The position numbers and the translations under genes were made by a program. Below are positions 41,561-52,000 of a stretch of 64,000 nt of DNA, piece by piece; position 1 is the first letter of the stretch; every line of letters begins with the position of its first letter. This stretch comes from Endomicrobiales bacterium (GTDB lineage: Bacteria; Elusimicrobiota; Endomicrobiia; Endomicrobiales; CAWCFT01), in contig CAWCFT010000019.1 of NCBI GenBank assembly GCA_963794945.1, forward strand, positions 2,052 through 66,051. The letters are read 5' to 3'. The notes under the pieces were generated by a model. It was not told the DNA's origin, searched no databases, and was given only the letters and a program-made list of their open reading frames with translations.

Positions 41561-41821
41561 TTAACCCACCTTCGGCTGTTCCTGTTTAGGCATGTCTTTC
41601 AGCCACGGGGTAATATCCTTGGGGATCTTTCTCATGTAAGGTTTTAGTATGAAATTGAGCGAAAAGAATAGTACGATCAAAACCACGTATATAACCGCGA
41701 GCGTGGTTGCGTGCCAGCGCCAGGTCGGCTTCCAGACCGCAACCGGGTTCATCTCCGCGCCGCACTTCTTACAAAGTTTGGCTGTTTCCTTGTTCTCTAT
41801 CTGACATTTTGGGCACTTCAT
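41561..41821 (-). CDS. Zinc-ribbon membrane protein
   Basis: CPKC...CKKCG followed by one TM helix. Confidence 0.7.
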   Translation of the reverse strand: MKCPKCQIENKETAKLCKKCGAEMNPVAVWKPTWRWHATTLAVIYVVLIVLFFSLNFILKPYMRKIPKDITPWLKDMPKQEQPKVG

Positions 41822-41857
41822 TTTTCCTCCGAAAGACGCCTTGCAAAACTAATGCGC

Positions 41858-42697
41858 CTACATTATCTTTGGTTTAATAAGACAGTCGATTTTAATTATC
41901 TTGTTTAGCAGATTTTCTAACTGCGAGAGTTTCAGGCTGTTCGCCCCATCGGACAAAGCTTTTGACGGATCCTGGTGAACTTCCAGGAATAACCCGGCGA
42001 CGCCGATAGCCGCAGCAGCCAGCGAAAGCGGCTCTATGAACTCAGGTGCGCCACCGCTCTTATGGCCGGCTCCCTGAGGTATCTGAACGGAGTGGGTCGC
42101 GTCAAAGATTACAGGGTATCCCGTCATTTTCATTATTGGTAGGGAACGGAAATCCACAACTAGGTTGTGATAACCGAACGATGACCCTCTCTCGGATATA
42201 AGCACCTTGCTTCCGCCGGCGCCTTCGATCTTTTCTATGACGTTTCGCATGTCTTCCGGCGCGAGGAACTGCCCCTTTTTAACGTTTACTGGAAGGCCCG
42301 TTTTTGCGCATGCAGTTACGAGGTCCGTCTGCCTGCAAAGAAACGCGGGAATTTGCAATATATCGACAACCTTTGCCACTTCCTTGACATCGGCCGAGCA
42401 GTGTACATCCGTAAGCACCGGAAGTGAGAATTTTTCTTTGACCTTGGCCAGTATCTTAAGTCCTTTCTTAAGGCCCGGCCCCCTGAAAGACTTCGCGGAG
42501 GACCTGTTCGCCTTGTCGTAGGAAGCCTTGAACACTAGTCTAACACCACAGCTATCGGCTATCCGCGACAATCCGGAAGCGAGGGCAAGCGTTTTGGCCT
42601 CGTCTTCTATCACGCACGGGCCGGCTATAAGCACAAGCGGGAGAGAGTTTGAGATCTGGAGGTTGAATTTATCAAACCTTACGGTCCTTTCCTTCAT
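41858..42697 (-). CDS. kdsA: Kdo-8-phosphate synthase
   Basis: [30 protein letters not shown]. Confidence 0.96.
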   Translation of the reverse strand: MKERTVRFDKFNLQISNSLPLVLIAGPCVIEDEAKTLALASGLSRIADSCGVRLVFKASYDKANRSSAKSFRGPGLKKGLKILAKVKEKFSLPVLTDVHCSADVKEVAKVVDILQIPAFLCRQTDLVTACAKTGLPVNVKKGQFLAPEDMRNVIEKIEGAGGSKVLISERGSSFGYHNLVVDFRSLPIMKMTGYPVIFDATHSVQIPQGAGHKSGGAPEFIEPLSLAAAAIGVAGLFLEVHQDPSKALSDGANSLKLSQLENLLNKIIKIDCLIKPKIM

Positions 42698-44298
42698 GCC
42701 TGTGTCCTCTTCTTCTTGTAACTCAAGGAAGCAGTGATGAAATCCTTGAATAACGGATGCGGCCGCGTGGGGCGCGATTGGAATTCAGGGTGGAACTGCA
42801 CGCCCACGAACCACGGATGGCCCGCTATTTCCACAATTTCAACCAGCTTTCTCTGTGGGTTCTCACCTGTGATCATCAGTCCCTTGGCCTTTAGCTGTTT
42901 GAGGTATTTGTTGTTGAATTCATAACGATGGCGATGGCGCTCGTTGATCAAACCCTGTTTGTAAGCCCTGGAAGCATTGCTCTTCGGCTCAACCTTGCAC
43001 GGATAGACTCCGAGCCTCATGGTGCCGCCTTTCGACGTCACCTTTTTCTGATCTACCATCATATCTATGACCGGGTATTTCGTGCGTGGCACGAATTCCG
43101 TTGAATGAGCCCCTTTGAGGCCCGCAACGTTCCTGGCGAATTCGATGACCGCGCACTGCATGCCAAGGCATATGCCGAAAAAAGGTATGTTTTTTTCTCT
43201 AGCGAATTTTGTTACTCTAATCTTTCCTTCGATGCCCCTGTCGCCGAAACCGCCTGGCACTAGTATGCCGTCCGCGTCGGCAAGCTCTTCTTCCACCTGT
43301 TCGTTCTCAACGTCTATATATTTGACATCCACCGCCGAAGCGTTAGCGAAACCGCCGTGCTTAAGCGCTTCCCAGATGCTCTTGTACGCGTCCTTGAGCT
43401 CTGTATATTTACCGGCAACCGCGATAGTAACTGTATGGTCAGGGAACCTGGCCGAGTGCACCATATCTTCCCATTCTTTTAACTTGTGTTTCGGCGCTTT
43501 GAGCTGTAGGTACTCGAGTATCAGGTCGTCCATCTTTTGACCCTTAAGAAGCAGCGGGACTTCGTATATCGACGAACCTACGTCCTTTTCATCGATCACC
43601 GCGCGCGGTTCAACGTTGCAGAAAAGTGATATTTTGTTCTTGAGGTCTTCCGTCAGCGATTTTTCCATGCGGCATACTATTATCGAAGGCTCAATACCGA
43701 TCTCACGCAGCTTCATTACGCTGTGCTGGGTGGGTTTTGTTTTCATCTCGCCTGCGGCTCTAATGTACGGTATAAGCGTAACGTGCACGTAAATGACGTT
43801 GCTCCTGCCAACCTCAAGCCGCAGCTGTCTTATAGCTTCAAGGAAAGGGAGGCTCTCTATGTCGCCCACAGTTCCACCGATCTCAACAATTACAACGTCA
43901 TAACCCGGAGCCAGCTTCGTTATCCTTTTCTTTATTTCGTTAGTAATGTGCGGAACGACCTGAATTGTCTTTCCGAGATAATCGCCCTTGCGTTCGGCGT
44001 TTATAACGGTCTCATAGATAAGGCCGGAGGTAATATTGTTCTCTTTCCCGGTCTCAATATCTATGAAACGCTCGTAGTGCCCGAGGTCGAGGTCGGTCTC
44101 TGCTCCATCGACGGTCACAAAGACTTCGCCGTGCTGGTACGGAGACATAGTGCCGGGATCGACATTCAAGTACGGGTCGCACTTGAGGACGTTGACCTTG
44201 AGTCCCCTGGCTTTGAGCAGGCAGCCAACCGAGGCCGCCGTAATACCTTTTCCCAGAGACGAAACAACTCCGCCTGTAACAAAAATGTACTTCGTCAT
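42694..44298 (-). CDS. pyrG: CTP synthase
   Basis: [23 protein letters not shown]. Confidence 0.97.
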   Translation of the reverse strand: MTKYIFVTGGVVSSLGKGITAASVGCLLKARGLKVNVLKCDPYLNVDPGTMSPYQHGEVFVTVDGAETDLDLGHYERFIDIETGKENNITSGLIYETVINAERKGDYLGKTIQVVPHITNEIKKRITKLAPGYDVVIVEIGGTVGDIESLPFLEAIRQLRLEVGRSNVIYVHVTLIPYIRAAGEMKTKPTQHSVMKLREIGIEPSIIVCRMEKSLTEDLKNKISLFCNVEPRAVIDEKDVGSSIYEVPLLLKGQKMDDLILEYLQLKAPKHKLKEWEDMVHSARFPDHTVTIAVAGKYTELKDAYKSIWEALKHGGFANASAVDVKYIDVENEQVEEELADADGILVPGGFGDRGIEGKIRVTKFAREKNIPFFGICLGMQCAVIEFARNVAGLKGAHSTEFVPRTKYPVIDMMVDQKKVTSKGGTMRLGVYPCKVEPKSNASRAYKQGLINERHRHRYEFNNKYLKQLKAKGLMITGENPQRKLVEIVEIAGHPWFVGVQFHPEFQSRPTRPHPLFKDFITASLSYKKKRTQA

Positions 44299-45024
44299 TT
44301 AATGAGCCTCTCTATCTTTCGTATGTCCGACGGCACGTCAACACCAAAGGAATCCCTGTCAGATATCACTACTTTGAGCCTGCCGCCTTTCTCGAGGATC
44401 CTCAGCTGTTCCAGCTGTTCGGCCTTCTCAAGTTTGGTCTGGCCCCAATTAGCGAATTTAAGCAGGAAACCTCTCCGGTAACCGTAGATCCCGATATGTT
44501 TGAAATAGCCGATCGGACTTGAGGAACGCCTCGGGTACGGTATCGGATAGCGCGAAAAATACAGCGCGTTGTGCTCGTTATCAAAAACTACTTTTACTAC
44601 GTTCGGGCTTAACAGTTCTTTTTTGTCGCGCACCGGAAATGCCGCTGTCGCCGCGCCAAGCCCTGGATTATTTTGCAAAACGGCGCGCTATCTTGTCTAT
44701 GAGCCCCGGTGATATTACCGGTTCGTCGCCCTGTATGTTTATTACTAGCTGCGCGCCTTTTGCCGCTTTCCTGACGGCTTCGGCGAGACGATCGGTCCCG
44801 CTCTTGCAGGCCTTTGAGGTCATCACGGCCTTCGCCCCGAAACCTTCGGCTGCTCGGGCTATCCTCAAGTCATCGGTCGCTATTATGACGTCCGTGAGCT
44901 TCCTGCTTTTTTTTGCCTGGCGCCAAACGCGCTCGATCAGCGTCTTGCCGGATATCACAGCAAGCGGCTTGCCGGGAAAACGTGTTGAAGCGAACCTCGA
45001 AGGTATAATGCCGACTATTTTCAT
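44295..45024 (-). CDS. kdsB: CMP-Kdo synthetase; frameshift near 44685
   Basis: [32 protein letters not shown] split over two ORFs. Confidence 0.93.
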
Positions 45025-46010
45025 TTGCTCTTATTAAAATTCTGTATAGCAGAACGCAGCTCATCCTGTGTCGCTGTAGCTGTTCCCAGTTTCGCAACCA
45101 CTATGCCCGCCGCGAAGTTCGAGAGTTCTGCCGCTTCGCCGAGTTTCGAGCCGGCCGCCAGCGACAGGGTCAGCACCGATATGACGGTATCTCCCGCGCC
45201 CGTAACATCGAAGACTTCTTTCGCCCTCGTCGGAATGTGTTTGATCTTATTGCCAGGCTCAAAAAGCGTCATGCCTTTTTCGCCGCGGGTTATAAGCACA
45301 GAATCCGATGAAAGTTTCTTAAGTATTTTTCTGCCGAGTTCGTAGATGTCTTTATCGTCGCTCACGTCGCGGTAACGCATGCCGCCAATAGCTTCCATAA
45401 GGTTTGGCGTAATGCAGGTGACTTTCTTATAATCCATGAAGTGCTCAATCTTGGGGTCTACGGTGATCGGTATGCGGTAACGGTGCGCCAGAGCGATAGC
45501 TCTTTTGAGCAGCGGGCCGTCTATAACGCCTTTTCCATAGTCTGATATTATTATCGCATCGGCTGTCGAGGCGGCATCTTCAAGCCTCGCGCAGATGGCG
45601 CTCTGAATGCCTTCAGAAAAACTTCCTTTCACCTCTTTATCTACCCTTACCACCTGCTGGTGCTGGGCGATTATTCTGGTCTTTATAGTTGTGGGCCTGG
45701 CGTTATCGGTTATTATACCTTCAACATCGATATTCTTTGCCCTAAGGCCATCCTTAAGCTGTTCCGCTTCCATATCGCTTCCGACAACTCCCAGAAGGAA
45801 TGCGCTTGCGCCAAGGCTAGTTATGTTGTTCGCAACGTTACCAGCTCCGCCGAAAGCATTATTTTCCCTGGTAACCTCAACGACCGGCACAGGAGCTTCC
45901 GGCGATATACGGGAAACTTTTCCCCACACGAACCTGTCAACCATTAGGTCGCCTAAAACGAGTATCTTCTGCTTGTTGAACCTGGAAATAAACTGGGTTA
46001 GCCTGTCCAT
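45021..46010 (-). CDS. hldA: D-glycero-D-manno-heptose-7-phosphate kinase (RfaE domain I / HldA)
   Basis: RISPEAPVPV, SDYGKG, DVTGAGDT; no nucleotidyltransferase domain. Confidence 0.9.
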   Translation of the reverse strand: MDRLTQFISRFNKQKILVLGDLMVDRFVWGKVSRISPEAPVPVVEVTRENNAFGGAGNVANNITSLGASAFLLGVVGSDMEAEQLKDGLRAKNIDVEGIITDNARPTTIKTRIIAQHQQVVRVDKEVKGSFSEGIQSAICARLEDAASTADAIIISDYGKGVIDGPLLKRAIALAHRYRIPITVDPKIEHFMDYKKVTCITPNLMEAIGGMRYRDVSDDKDIYELGRKILKKLSSDSVLITRGEKGMTLFEPGNKIKHIPTRAKEVFDVTGAGDTVISVLTLSLAAGSKLGEAAELSNFAAGIVVAKLGTATATQDELRSAIQNFNKSK

Positions 46011-46055
46011 TTTTTCTCCAATTAAAGATTAATTATTCAAAATTCATATCTTCGT

Positions 46056-46994
46056 TCAGCTATCCATCAACGCTGCGTAAAGCAGCGGCAGCATTATCTC
46101 GTGGTGCCCTGCAAAATCGAACCCCTGACCGCCGTCCTTCGTGGGCCTTGAAACTATGTTTGTTACCGGCCTGTACTGCCGGATCATGTCGAAGTTCGCG
46201 GTCGTAAAATCAAATACCTTGTGCCCGAGATTCCTTGTGACTGTAAGAGCCTTCAAGAATATCTCCGGCATAATGACGGCGCTTCCAAAATTCATAAGCA
46301 CGCCACCCTGACCAAGCCGCGAAACAGAAGCAGCGAAAAGCAGAAAATCCTGGTAGCTGGCCGATCCCCAGGCGGCTCCGTCACACTGCGGGTGCTGGTA
46401 GATTATGTCCGTACCAATGGCCACGTGGGTCGTTATTGGAACGCCGAGCCTGTACGCGCTTGCGTAAACGCTAAGGTGCCTGTTAGGCAGCTTTTGTTGC
46501 TCTATTTCCTGGCCTATCGTAAAGCCAAGCCCCTGCGATTTCTTGTAGGCCTTTATGGCAGCATTGTTCAAGAACTCCCCGGTCTCACGCGTCATGCCGA
46601 ACGAGCCATCTTTAAGCCTTGCCTCTACATCTTCAGATGTAAAACCTGAATACGCGAGCTCGAAATCGTGAATTGATGAAGCGCCGTTGCTTGCGAAAGC
46701 TGTTATAAAGCCTTTATCGGCAAGGTCAATGAGCAGCGGAGCCAGCCCGCACTTTAGCACATGCGCGCCGAATGTAAAGATGACCGGCTTGCCCCTCTTT
46801 TTAGCTTTAATAATCAAGTCTACCAAATTCTTAAGGTTTTTTCCAGCAAAGATGTCCGGCATAGACCGCAGAAAATTTTTAAATCTCACTGGTTTTTTAA
46901 GTGTTTTGGCAAAATCTGACTTATCTACCTTGCTGGGGCGTTTGTCGAGAGAAACTGTTTTGATCTTACTTAAATCTATGGGATTGTTGACCAC
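46056..46994 (-). CDS. Uncharacterised deoxyhypusine-synthase-like (DHS fold) protein
   Basis: VIFTFGAHVLKCGL...ASNGASSIHDFE...HVAIGTDII...NFGSAVIMPE follows the DHS-like NAD-binding pattern. Confidence 0.6.
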   Translation of the reverse strand: MVNNPIDLSKIKTVSLDKRPSKVDKSDFAKTLKKPVRFKNFLRSMPDIFAGKNLKNLVDLIIKAKKRGKPVIFTFGAHVLKCGLAPLLIDLADKGFITAFASNGASSIHDFELAYSGFTSEDVEARLKDGSFGMTRETGEFLNNAAIKAYKKSQGLGFTIGQEIEQQKLPNRHLSVYASAYRLGVPITTHVAIGTDIIYQHPQCDGAAWGSASYQDFLLFAASVSRLGQGGVLMNFGSAVIMPEIFLKALTVTRNLGHKVFDFTTANFDMIRQYRPVTNIVSRPTKDGGQGFDFAGHHEIMLPLLYAALMDS

Positions 46995-47017
46995 TTGAAC
47001 CTCCGGCTTAAAAAGGA

Positions 47018-47824
47018 CTATTTTAATTTCATGCTTACGAGTTTCGCTTCAACAGAGCCAACAACGATTTGCGAGCTAAGCAGTACCGGCACCTTCTTGG
47101 AGTCCGCGGTCAACCAGACCAGCAATCTTCCCTTTTGCTGAAATATACCAGCGTCTTCGCGAAGGAACGGCTCTACTACAAAACAGTCAAACTCGCCGGC
47201 CGGAACAGTGACTTTCTCTCTCCTCAATATCTGAATCTTGAGGGGCCACGACTTGTCGCCGGAATGCGCGTCCAGTATAACGTCTTTGCCCACTTCGATT
47301 TCTTTTGTGCGTAAATAGAACATCGATGAGAGCACGTCTTGCGCGAACGCAGGTATAGTTCCGGTCTTACTCGATTCAAGTATTGTAAATGTGTGGTTGA
47401 TCTGGTCAAAATCTATAGTTTCATTATGTTTTTTATCATTCTCGTCATTAACGCTTTTATATTTAAGCGAGCAGAGGCTTTCTATGTCTATCCAGGACTC
47501 GTTGGTGTCGCGAACTCTGTAAAAGTTGTCAAAAAATGGCGTCGACTCGGCAGCCGTCGCTATGTGATAAACTTTACGGCCTCCAATCTCCTGTATGCTT
47601 TCAACAGCCATATTAGCGTGCCCTACTACAATGAATTTCCACGCGATCTCAAATTTAAGGTCTTCACCTAGCTCGAAAGCGCTATTGGTGGTCTCATGCC
47701 TCCAAACAAAATCTGTTTTAAGACCTGCCTGCGCTGGTGCCGTTGATAACAAAACCGGGACATCGCAAAATGCCGCCGGGCAAAGACAAGATAAGATCGT
47801 GAGAACCATCAATAATCTTTTCAT
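47018..47824 (-). CDS. DUF3108-domain exported protein
   Basis: Signal peptide; GEDLKF, DVLSSMFYLR, VPAGEFDC, WLTAD..KVPV. Confidence 0.75.
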   Translation of the reverse strand: MKRLLMVLTILSCLCPAAFCDVPVLLSTAPAQAGLKTDFVWRHETTNSAFELGEDLKFEIAWKFIVVGHANMAVESIQEIGGRKVYHIATAAESTPFFDNFYRVRDTNESWIDIESLCSLKYKSVNDENDKKHNETIDFDQINHTFTILESSKTGTIPAFAQDVLSSMFYLRTKEIEVGKDVILDAHSGDKSWPLKIQILRREKVTVPAGEFDCFVVEPFLREDAGIFQQKGRLLVWLTADSKKVPVLLSSQIVVGSVEAKLVSMKLK

Positions 47825-48411
47825 TTAGAAGAATGCCCCCCGAGGCTATCTGTTATTATCCACTTCGCCGCGCCGTAAATATTCTTTTCTATCCTGTGTG
47901 GTTCGGGTATAGAGCGGTCTTTTATGAACTTTTTGTATTCGTGCCTGCCGTGGCCGGTCAGTACGAACACGCCTTTGCCTCCCATTTTCCTGCCTAGGAG
48001 GAAGTCATTCGTATGGTCCCCAATACTGTATGATTTTTTAAGGTCTAGCTTGAATTTCTTTTTTGCGAGCTGCACGAGGCCTAGATTAGGTTTGCGGCAG
48101 GAACAGCCCGCGTCAGGTACGTGAGGGCAGTAGTAGACCGCGTCAAAACCGGCGCCTTTTTTCTTAAGCAGTTTTTGCAGGTGCGCATGGATCTGTTTGA
48201 GTTTAGTTTCTGTGAAATAACCGCGCCCAATACCGGACTGGTTGGTGATGAGGATAAGCTTGAAACCCGCGCCCCTGAGAAGCTTCAGCGACCGGATAGT
48301 TTGAGGGAACAACTCTATATCTTTTATCTTACTGAGATAGTCTTTCTCTTTTATTACCGTGCCATCCCTGTCGATGAAGACCGCCGCGCTACCCTTGTTT
48401 TGTTTTCCCAA
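47821..48411 (-). CDS. gmhB: Heptose 1,7-bisphosphate phosphatase
   Basis: DRDGT, TNQSGIGRG, CPH..CSCRKP. Confidence 0.9.
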   Translation of the reverse strand: MGKQNKGSAAVFIDRDGTVIKEKDYLSKIKDIELFPQTIRSLKLLRGAGFKLILITNQSGIGRGYFTETKLKQIHAHLQKLLKKKGAGFDAVYYCPHVPDAGCSCRKPNLGLVQLAKKKFKLDLKKSYSIGDHTNDFLLGRKMGGKGVFVLTGHGRHEYKKFIKDRSIPEPHRIEKNIYGAAKWIITDSLGGHSSK

Positions 48412-49406
48412 AGTCCGGCTCCATTAACAAACTCAAGCTCGATCTCAAGCGCGAAAAATCTTTCGGCTTCTTTGTGGGGCAGGAGGCTCAAGAGCCCTTT
48501 TATCCTTACCGCGTCTTTTGTGGTCGTTATGACCTTGTAAACAGTGTCCAATCGCTTGATCTCGTCAATATTATACCAATGATGGTCGCGAAAATCAAGC
48601 TGGCGGACAGCATTTATGCCGGATTTTTCCAGCAATTTTTTAAATCCAGAATTATCACCGATGGCCGATATGGCCGTAAAGGGTTCGTTTTTGAAATCCT
48701 CGAGTTTGAAAACCTCGCCGTCAAGCAGTCTCCTTAGACGGACCGGGGCGTATTTTGCCCTGATAAGCTTGCCCTGGCTATACACGGCTATCCTTTCCTC
48801 TATTTCCGAAAGCCGGCTTTCCGTCACCATGTCAGAGCTGTTTATGACAATGAGGTCAGCCCTTTTGAGCGCGCTGACCGGCTCCCTCAATATGCCCGCA
48901 GGGATAAGGAAACCGTTGCCGAAGGGATTTAAGGCGCTGACACATACAATTTCGAGATCCCTTTCGATCTTCCAGTGCTGGAAACCGTCGTCAAGGATGA
49001 AGATATCAGGCGAAAATTTTTCCATGGCGAAATACGCGGCCCCGATCCGGTTCTTCCCGGCCATAACTACCGCTCCTGGCACGCTTTCCGCCATCATGAA
49101 AGGTTCATCCCCCGATATCTCCGGCGGCACAAGTGGAATCTTTCCGTCTGAAACAGCGATAAACGACACCCTTTTGTCTTTCTTGAAATATCCCCTTGAA
49201 AGAATAGCAGGCTTGAAGCCGTGGCTCACAAGCTCATGAGCGAGTTTTATCACACACGGGGTCTTTCCCGTGCCTCCCCAGGTGATGTTTCCTATGCTGA
49301 TAACAGGTTTTGGCAGTTTGTGGCTTACGATAATGCCTCTGTCAAGCATGGAAAGCGCCCTATACATGAGCGAGAATGGATAAAGTAAACGTGTATCGAA
49401 TTTCAA
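48354..49406 (-). CDS. lpxK: Tetraacyldisaccharide 4'-kinase
   Basis: GNITWGGTGKTP, SRGY, GDEP, LDDGFQH, DHH, TTKDAVR. Confidence 0.93.
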   Translation of the reverse strand: MKFDTRLLYPFSLMYRALSMLDRGIIVSHKLPKPVISIGNITWGGTGKTPCVIKLAHELVSHGFKPAILSRGYFKKDKRVSFIAVSDGKIPLVPPEISGDEPFMMAESVPGAVVMAGKNRIGAAYFAMEKFSPDIFILDDGFQHWKIERDLEIVCVSALNPFGNGFLIPAGILREPVSALKRADLIVINSSDMVTESRLSEIEERIAVYSQGKLIRAKYAPVRLRRLLDGEVFKLEDFKNEPFTAISAIGDNSGFKKLLEKSGINAVRQLDFRDHHWYNIDEIKRLDTVYKVITTTKDAVRIKGLLSLLPHKEAERFFALEIELEFVNGAGLWENKTRVARRSSSTGMAR

Positions 49407-49425
49407 CTATTTTCTCCTGTTATAA

Positions 49426-49533
49426 ATAAACTTCCCACGAGTTTACACTCGGGGTATTAACTGCTTCAAACTTCGTTTGTCCAATATCAAAGATATTGGA
49501 AGTTTATCCATCTCACGAGCTTACGCTCGGAGA
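49426..49533. mobile_element. Short palindrome-associated element resembling IS200/IS605 ends (PATE-like)
   Basis: Two related hairpins in the same orientation (CCCACGAGTTTACACTCGGGG 49434-49454; CTCACGAGCTTACGCTCGGAG 49512-49532), plus ATAAACTTCC/GGAAGTTTAT IR and a TCCAATATC-AAA-GATATTGGA hairpin. Confidence 0.45.
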
Positions 49534-49611
49534 ATTTTTAAGGATTTCTTAAAATAAAATGAAAAACTTTAAATATCTAAGATCGCTCTTTATCTTAAAT
49601 TTTTCAATTCT

Positions 49612-50412
49612 TTAATTTGTTATTTCTTTTTCCCAGAGCTTTATGTATTTCAAGGCCGTGTAATATGCGTACAGCGATGATAGCACCAAACCGTGAACAC
49701 CATCTAAGAAACCCCGTTTGGCTATGTACATCCGAAAGAACATCGCGAGCGGGTTTATAATTACATTGTGAGCCTTGAACTTTTTGCCCGACGCGGACAT
49801 CTCTTCTGCGCGCAGGGCTGAATAGCGCTCCATTTTCCTAAGGTACTGGTCGAGGTTGAGGAACGGGAATTCCAGCGCGTGCCCTTTCAGGCGCGAAAGT
49901 GTTCCGTTAAGCTCAAAAGTCTCGTGAACTAACTGTTCCGTATACTTCATCTTCTTGCGGTTAAAGAACTGCGGCTGGCGGTAGTCCGGGTACCACCCGC
50001 AATGCCTTATCCACTTGCCCATGAAATGGCTCTTACGCGGGACGTAATACGCGTCGGCGTCCGGGCCCTTTTCAAGGAGGCCGAGCACTTCGTTCTTGAG
50101 CTCTTCCGTGCATCTTTCATCCGAATCGATGCTAAGCACCCAATCGTTCGAGCACTCCGCGATAGCGTCGTTGCGAAGCTTGCCGAAGCCTTCGAATTTC
50201 TTCTGGACTATCTTGTTGGTATATTTCCTGCAGATCTCCACCGTGCCGTCGGTAGAAAAAGAATCCAGAACGACTACCTCATCCGCCCACTTTACGCTCT
50301 CAAGGCAATCGGTTATCTTGTCCTTTTCATTGTAAGTCAACACGAATACCGACAGTTTAAGCCTTTCCATTTTTATCTCCGATTTCATCGTATACTTTGA
50401 TAACGCCGTCAA
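49612..50412 (-). CDS. GT2 LPS core glycosyltransferase (WaaE/KdtX-like)
   Basis: LTYNE, DSFSTDGT, IDSDE, GWYPD, GFLDG. Confidence 0.88.
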   Translation of the reverse strand: MTALSKYTMKSEIKMERLKLSVFVLTYNEKDKITDCLESVKWADEVVVLDSFSTDGTVEICRKYTNKIVQKKFEGFGKLRNDAIAECSNDWVLSIDSDERCTEELKNEVLGLLEKGPDADAYYVPRKSHFMGKWIRHCGWYPDYRQPQFFNRKKMKYTEQLVHETFELNGTLSRLKGHALEFPFLNLDQYLRKMERYSALRAEEMSASGKKFKAHNVIINPLAMFFRMYIAKRGFLDGVHGLVLSSLYAYYTALKYIKLWEKEITN

Positions 50413-51472
50413 CCATCTTATCCATGCTGAAATTTTCCCTGACGAACGATGCCGCTTTCTCCCCCATGTTCTTGAGAAGCTCTTTATTTGAAAGCATCGT
50501 TATGATGACCTGCGCGATAAGCTCCGAATTCTTAGAAGGTATAAGTATACCTGTCTCGTAATCCCTGAAGGTTTCAGGTATGCCGCCGATGTTCGTGCCT
50601 ATCACGGGCTTGCCCATCCCCTGCGCTTCCACCATCACCTGGCCAAACCCTTCGGTGTCCCAGGAGAGGAAACAGAATATGTCCATCGCGGCTATGTATT
50701 TCTCAATCTCTTCCTGGTAGCCAGCGAATATCACTTCATTCTGCACGCCAAGCTTCTTCGCGAGTTTTTTTAAGTCGCTCTCTATGTCGCCTGTGCCTAC
50801 TATCAGGAACTTAGCCTGCGGATACCTTATCTTGACTATCTGCGCGGCTTCGATAAGGTATTCCTGCCCTTTCCCTTTTGGCCTGTTCATCGCCGCCGCG
50901 GTACCTATCACGTATTCATTTTTAAGGTTATATCTTTCCCTGACATCTTTACCGGAAACGTTAGGATTGAACCTTTCAAAATCCGTCCCGTTATATACGA
51001 TTTTCACTTTTTTTGCCGGCACCTTGTCCACATCCATAAGGCCTTTTGCCACAGCGTTGGATATCGCTATTACACTGTCCGCAAAATGATAGTGCGTGCG
51101 GGAATAAAACCTGTGCGGGAGCTGTGCGTGCCTGTGGAACACTACCTTAAGATTCTTTCCGAATAGCAGTTTCATTACTATGCATGTCCAGAAAACCTTC
51201 CCCTGGTGCGCGTGGAGTATATTTATCTTCTCTTTTTTTATTATAAGGAACAACCCCACAAGCCCGCCTGGAGCGAACGAGCCTCGTATTACAAGCGCCC
51301 GTGCCGCAAGCCCCAGCTCTTGAGCCTTTTTGAACATATAACTGTCACCCGGCGCCGCGATGAAGTTCTTTATCCCTCTTTTCTCAAGCGTGGCAGCGAG
51401 GGTCAGCATGAGTTTCTCCGCCCCGCCCGCCGTCCATGATGAATAGATGTGCAGCACTCTTTTTCCCGTCAT
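50357..51472 (-). CDS. GT4 glycosyltransferase
   Basis: GGAEK, KGQEYLIEA, EGFGQVMVEA, GGIPE. Confidence 0.9.
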   Translation of the reverse strand: MTGKRVLHIYSSWTAGGAEKLMLTLAATLEKRGIKNFIAAPGDSYMFKKAQELGLAARALVIRGSFAPGGLVGLFLIIKKEKINILHAHQGKVFWTCIVMKLLFGKNLKVVFHRHAQLPHRFYSRTHYHFADSVIAISNAVAKGLMDVDKVPAKKVKIVYNGTDFERFNPNVSGKDVRERYNLKNEYVIGTAAAMNRPKGKGQEYLIEAAQIVKIRYPQAKFLIVGTGDIESDLKKLAKKLGVQNEVIFAGYQEEIEKYIAAMDIFCFLSWDTEGFGQVMVEAQGMGKPVIGTNIGGIPETFRDYETGILIPSKNSELIAQVIITMLSNKELLKNMGEKAASFVRENFSMDKMVDGVIKVYDEIGDKNGKA

Positions 51473-51490
51473 AATTATATCCTAAATTTG

Positions 51491-51994
51491 CTAATCCTTC
51501 CCTTTTTCCCAGAGATCATTGAATTGTTTCTGGAACTCGAATATGAGCTCATTATCTTCAAGGAACACGGCATTCTCGTAATTGTAATGTTCGGCTCCTG
51601 TAGTCCAGTTATACGAGCCTGTGAACACCAGTTTAGAATCGAATATCGCCACCTTGTTATGCATTATGCCGTCCCTGGGAGCGGATATCTTCTTTACATC
51701 TACCTGTCCAGTTTTCAGGGTTCTGCACATGGATTTTGGTTCTTCTGTTTTTGACTTATCCAGGAGCACCCTTACCCTCACGCCTCTCTCACGCGCTCCG
51801 ACAAGGCTTTTCGCGAGTTTCTTGGAAGTAAAATCATAACACATAACATCAATTGAATCAACGCAAGCATCGATTTGGTCGGCTATCCTGTCCTGGATCT
51901 TTCCGTTAGGCGAAAAATAGACCTGCGGCAATGAAAAAAGCGCCGCGGTAATTGCGAACGGGAGCAGAAGTGCCAGGCCTATTTTCTTTTTCAT
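51491..51994 (-). CDS. Exported single-HKD phospholipase D / Nuc-like protein
   Basis: Signal peptide; FSP, MHNKVAIFD, GSYNWT, NYEN. Confidence 0.85.
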   Translation of the reverse strand: MKKKIGLALLLPFAITAALFSLPQVYFSPNGKIQDRIADQIDACVDSIDVMCYDFTSKKLAKSLVGARERGVRVRVLLDKSKTEEPKSMCRTLKTGQVDVKKISAPRDGIMHNKVAIFDSKLVFTGSYNWTTGAEHYNYENAVFLEDNELIFEFQKQFNDLWEKGKD

Positions 51995-52000
51995 GTTATT

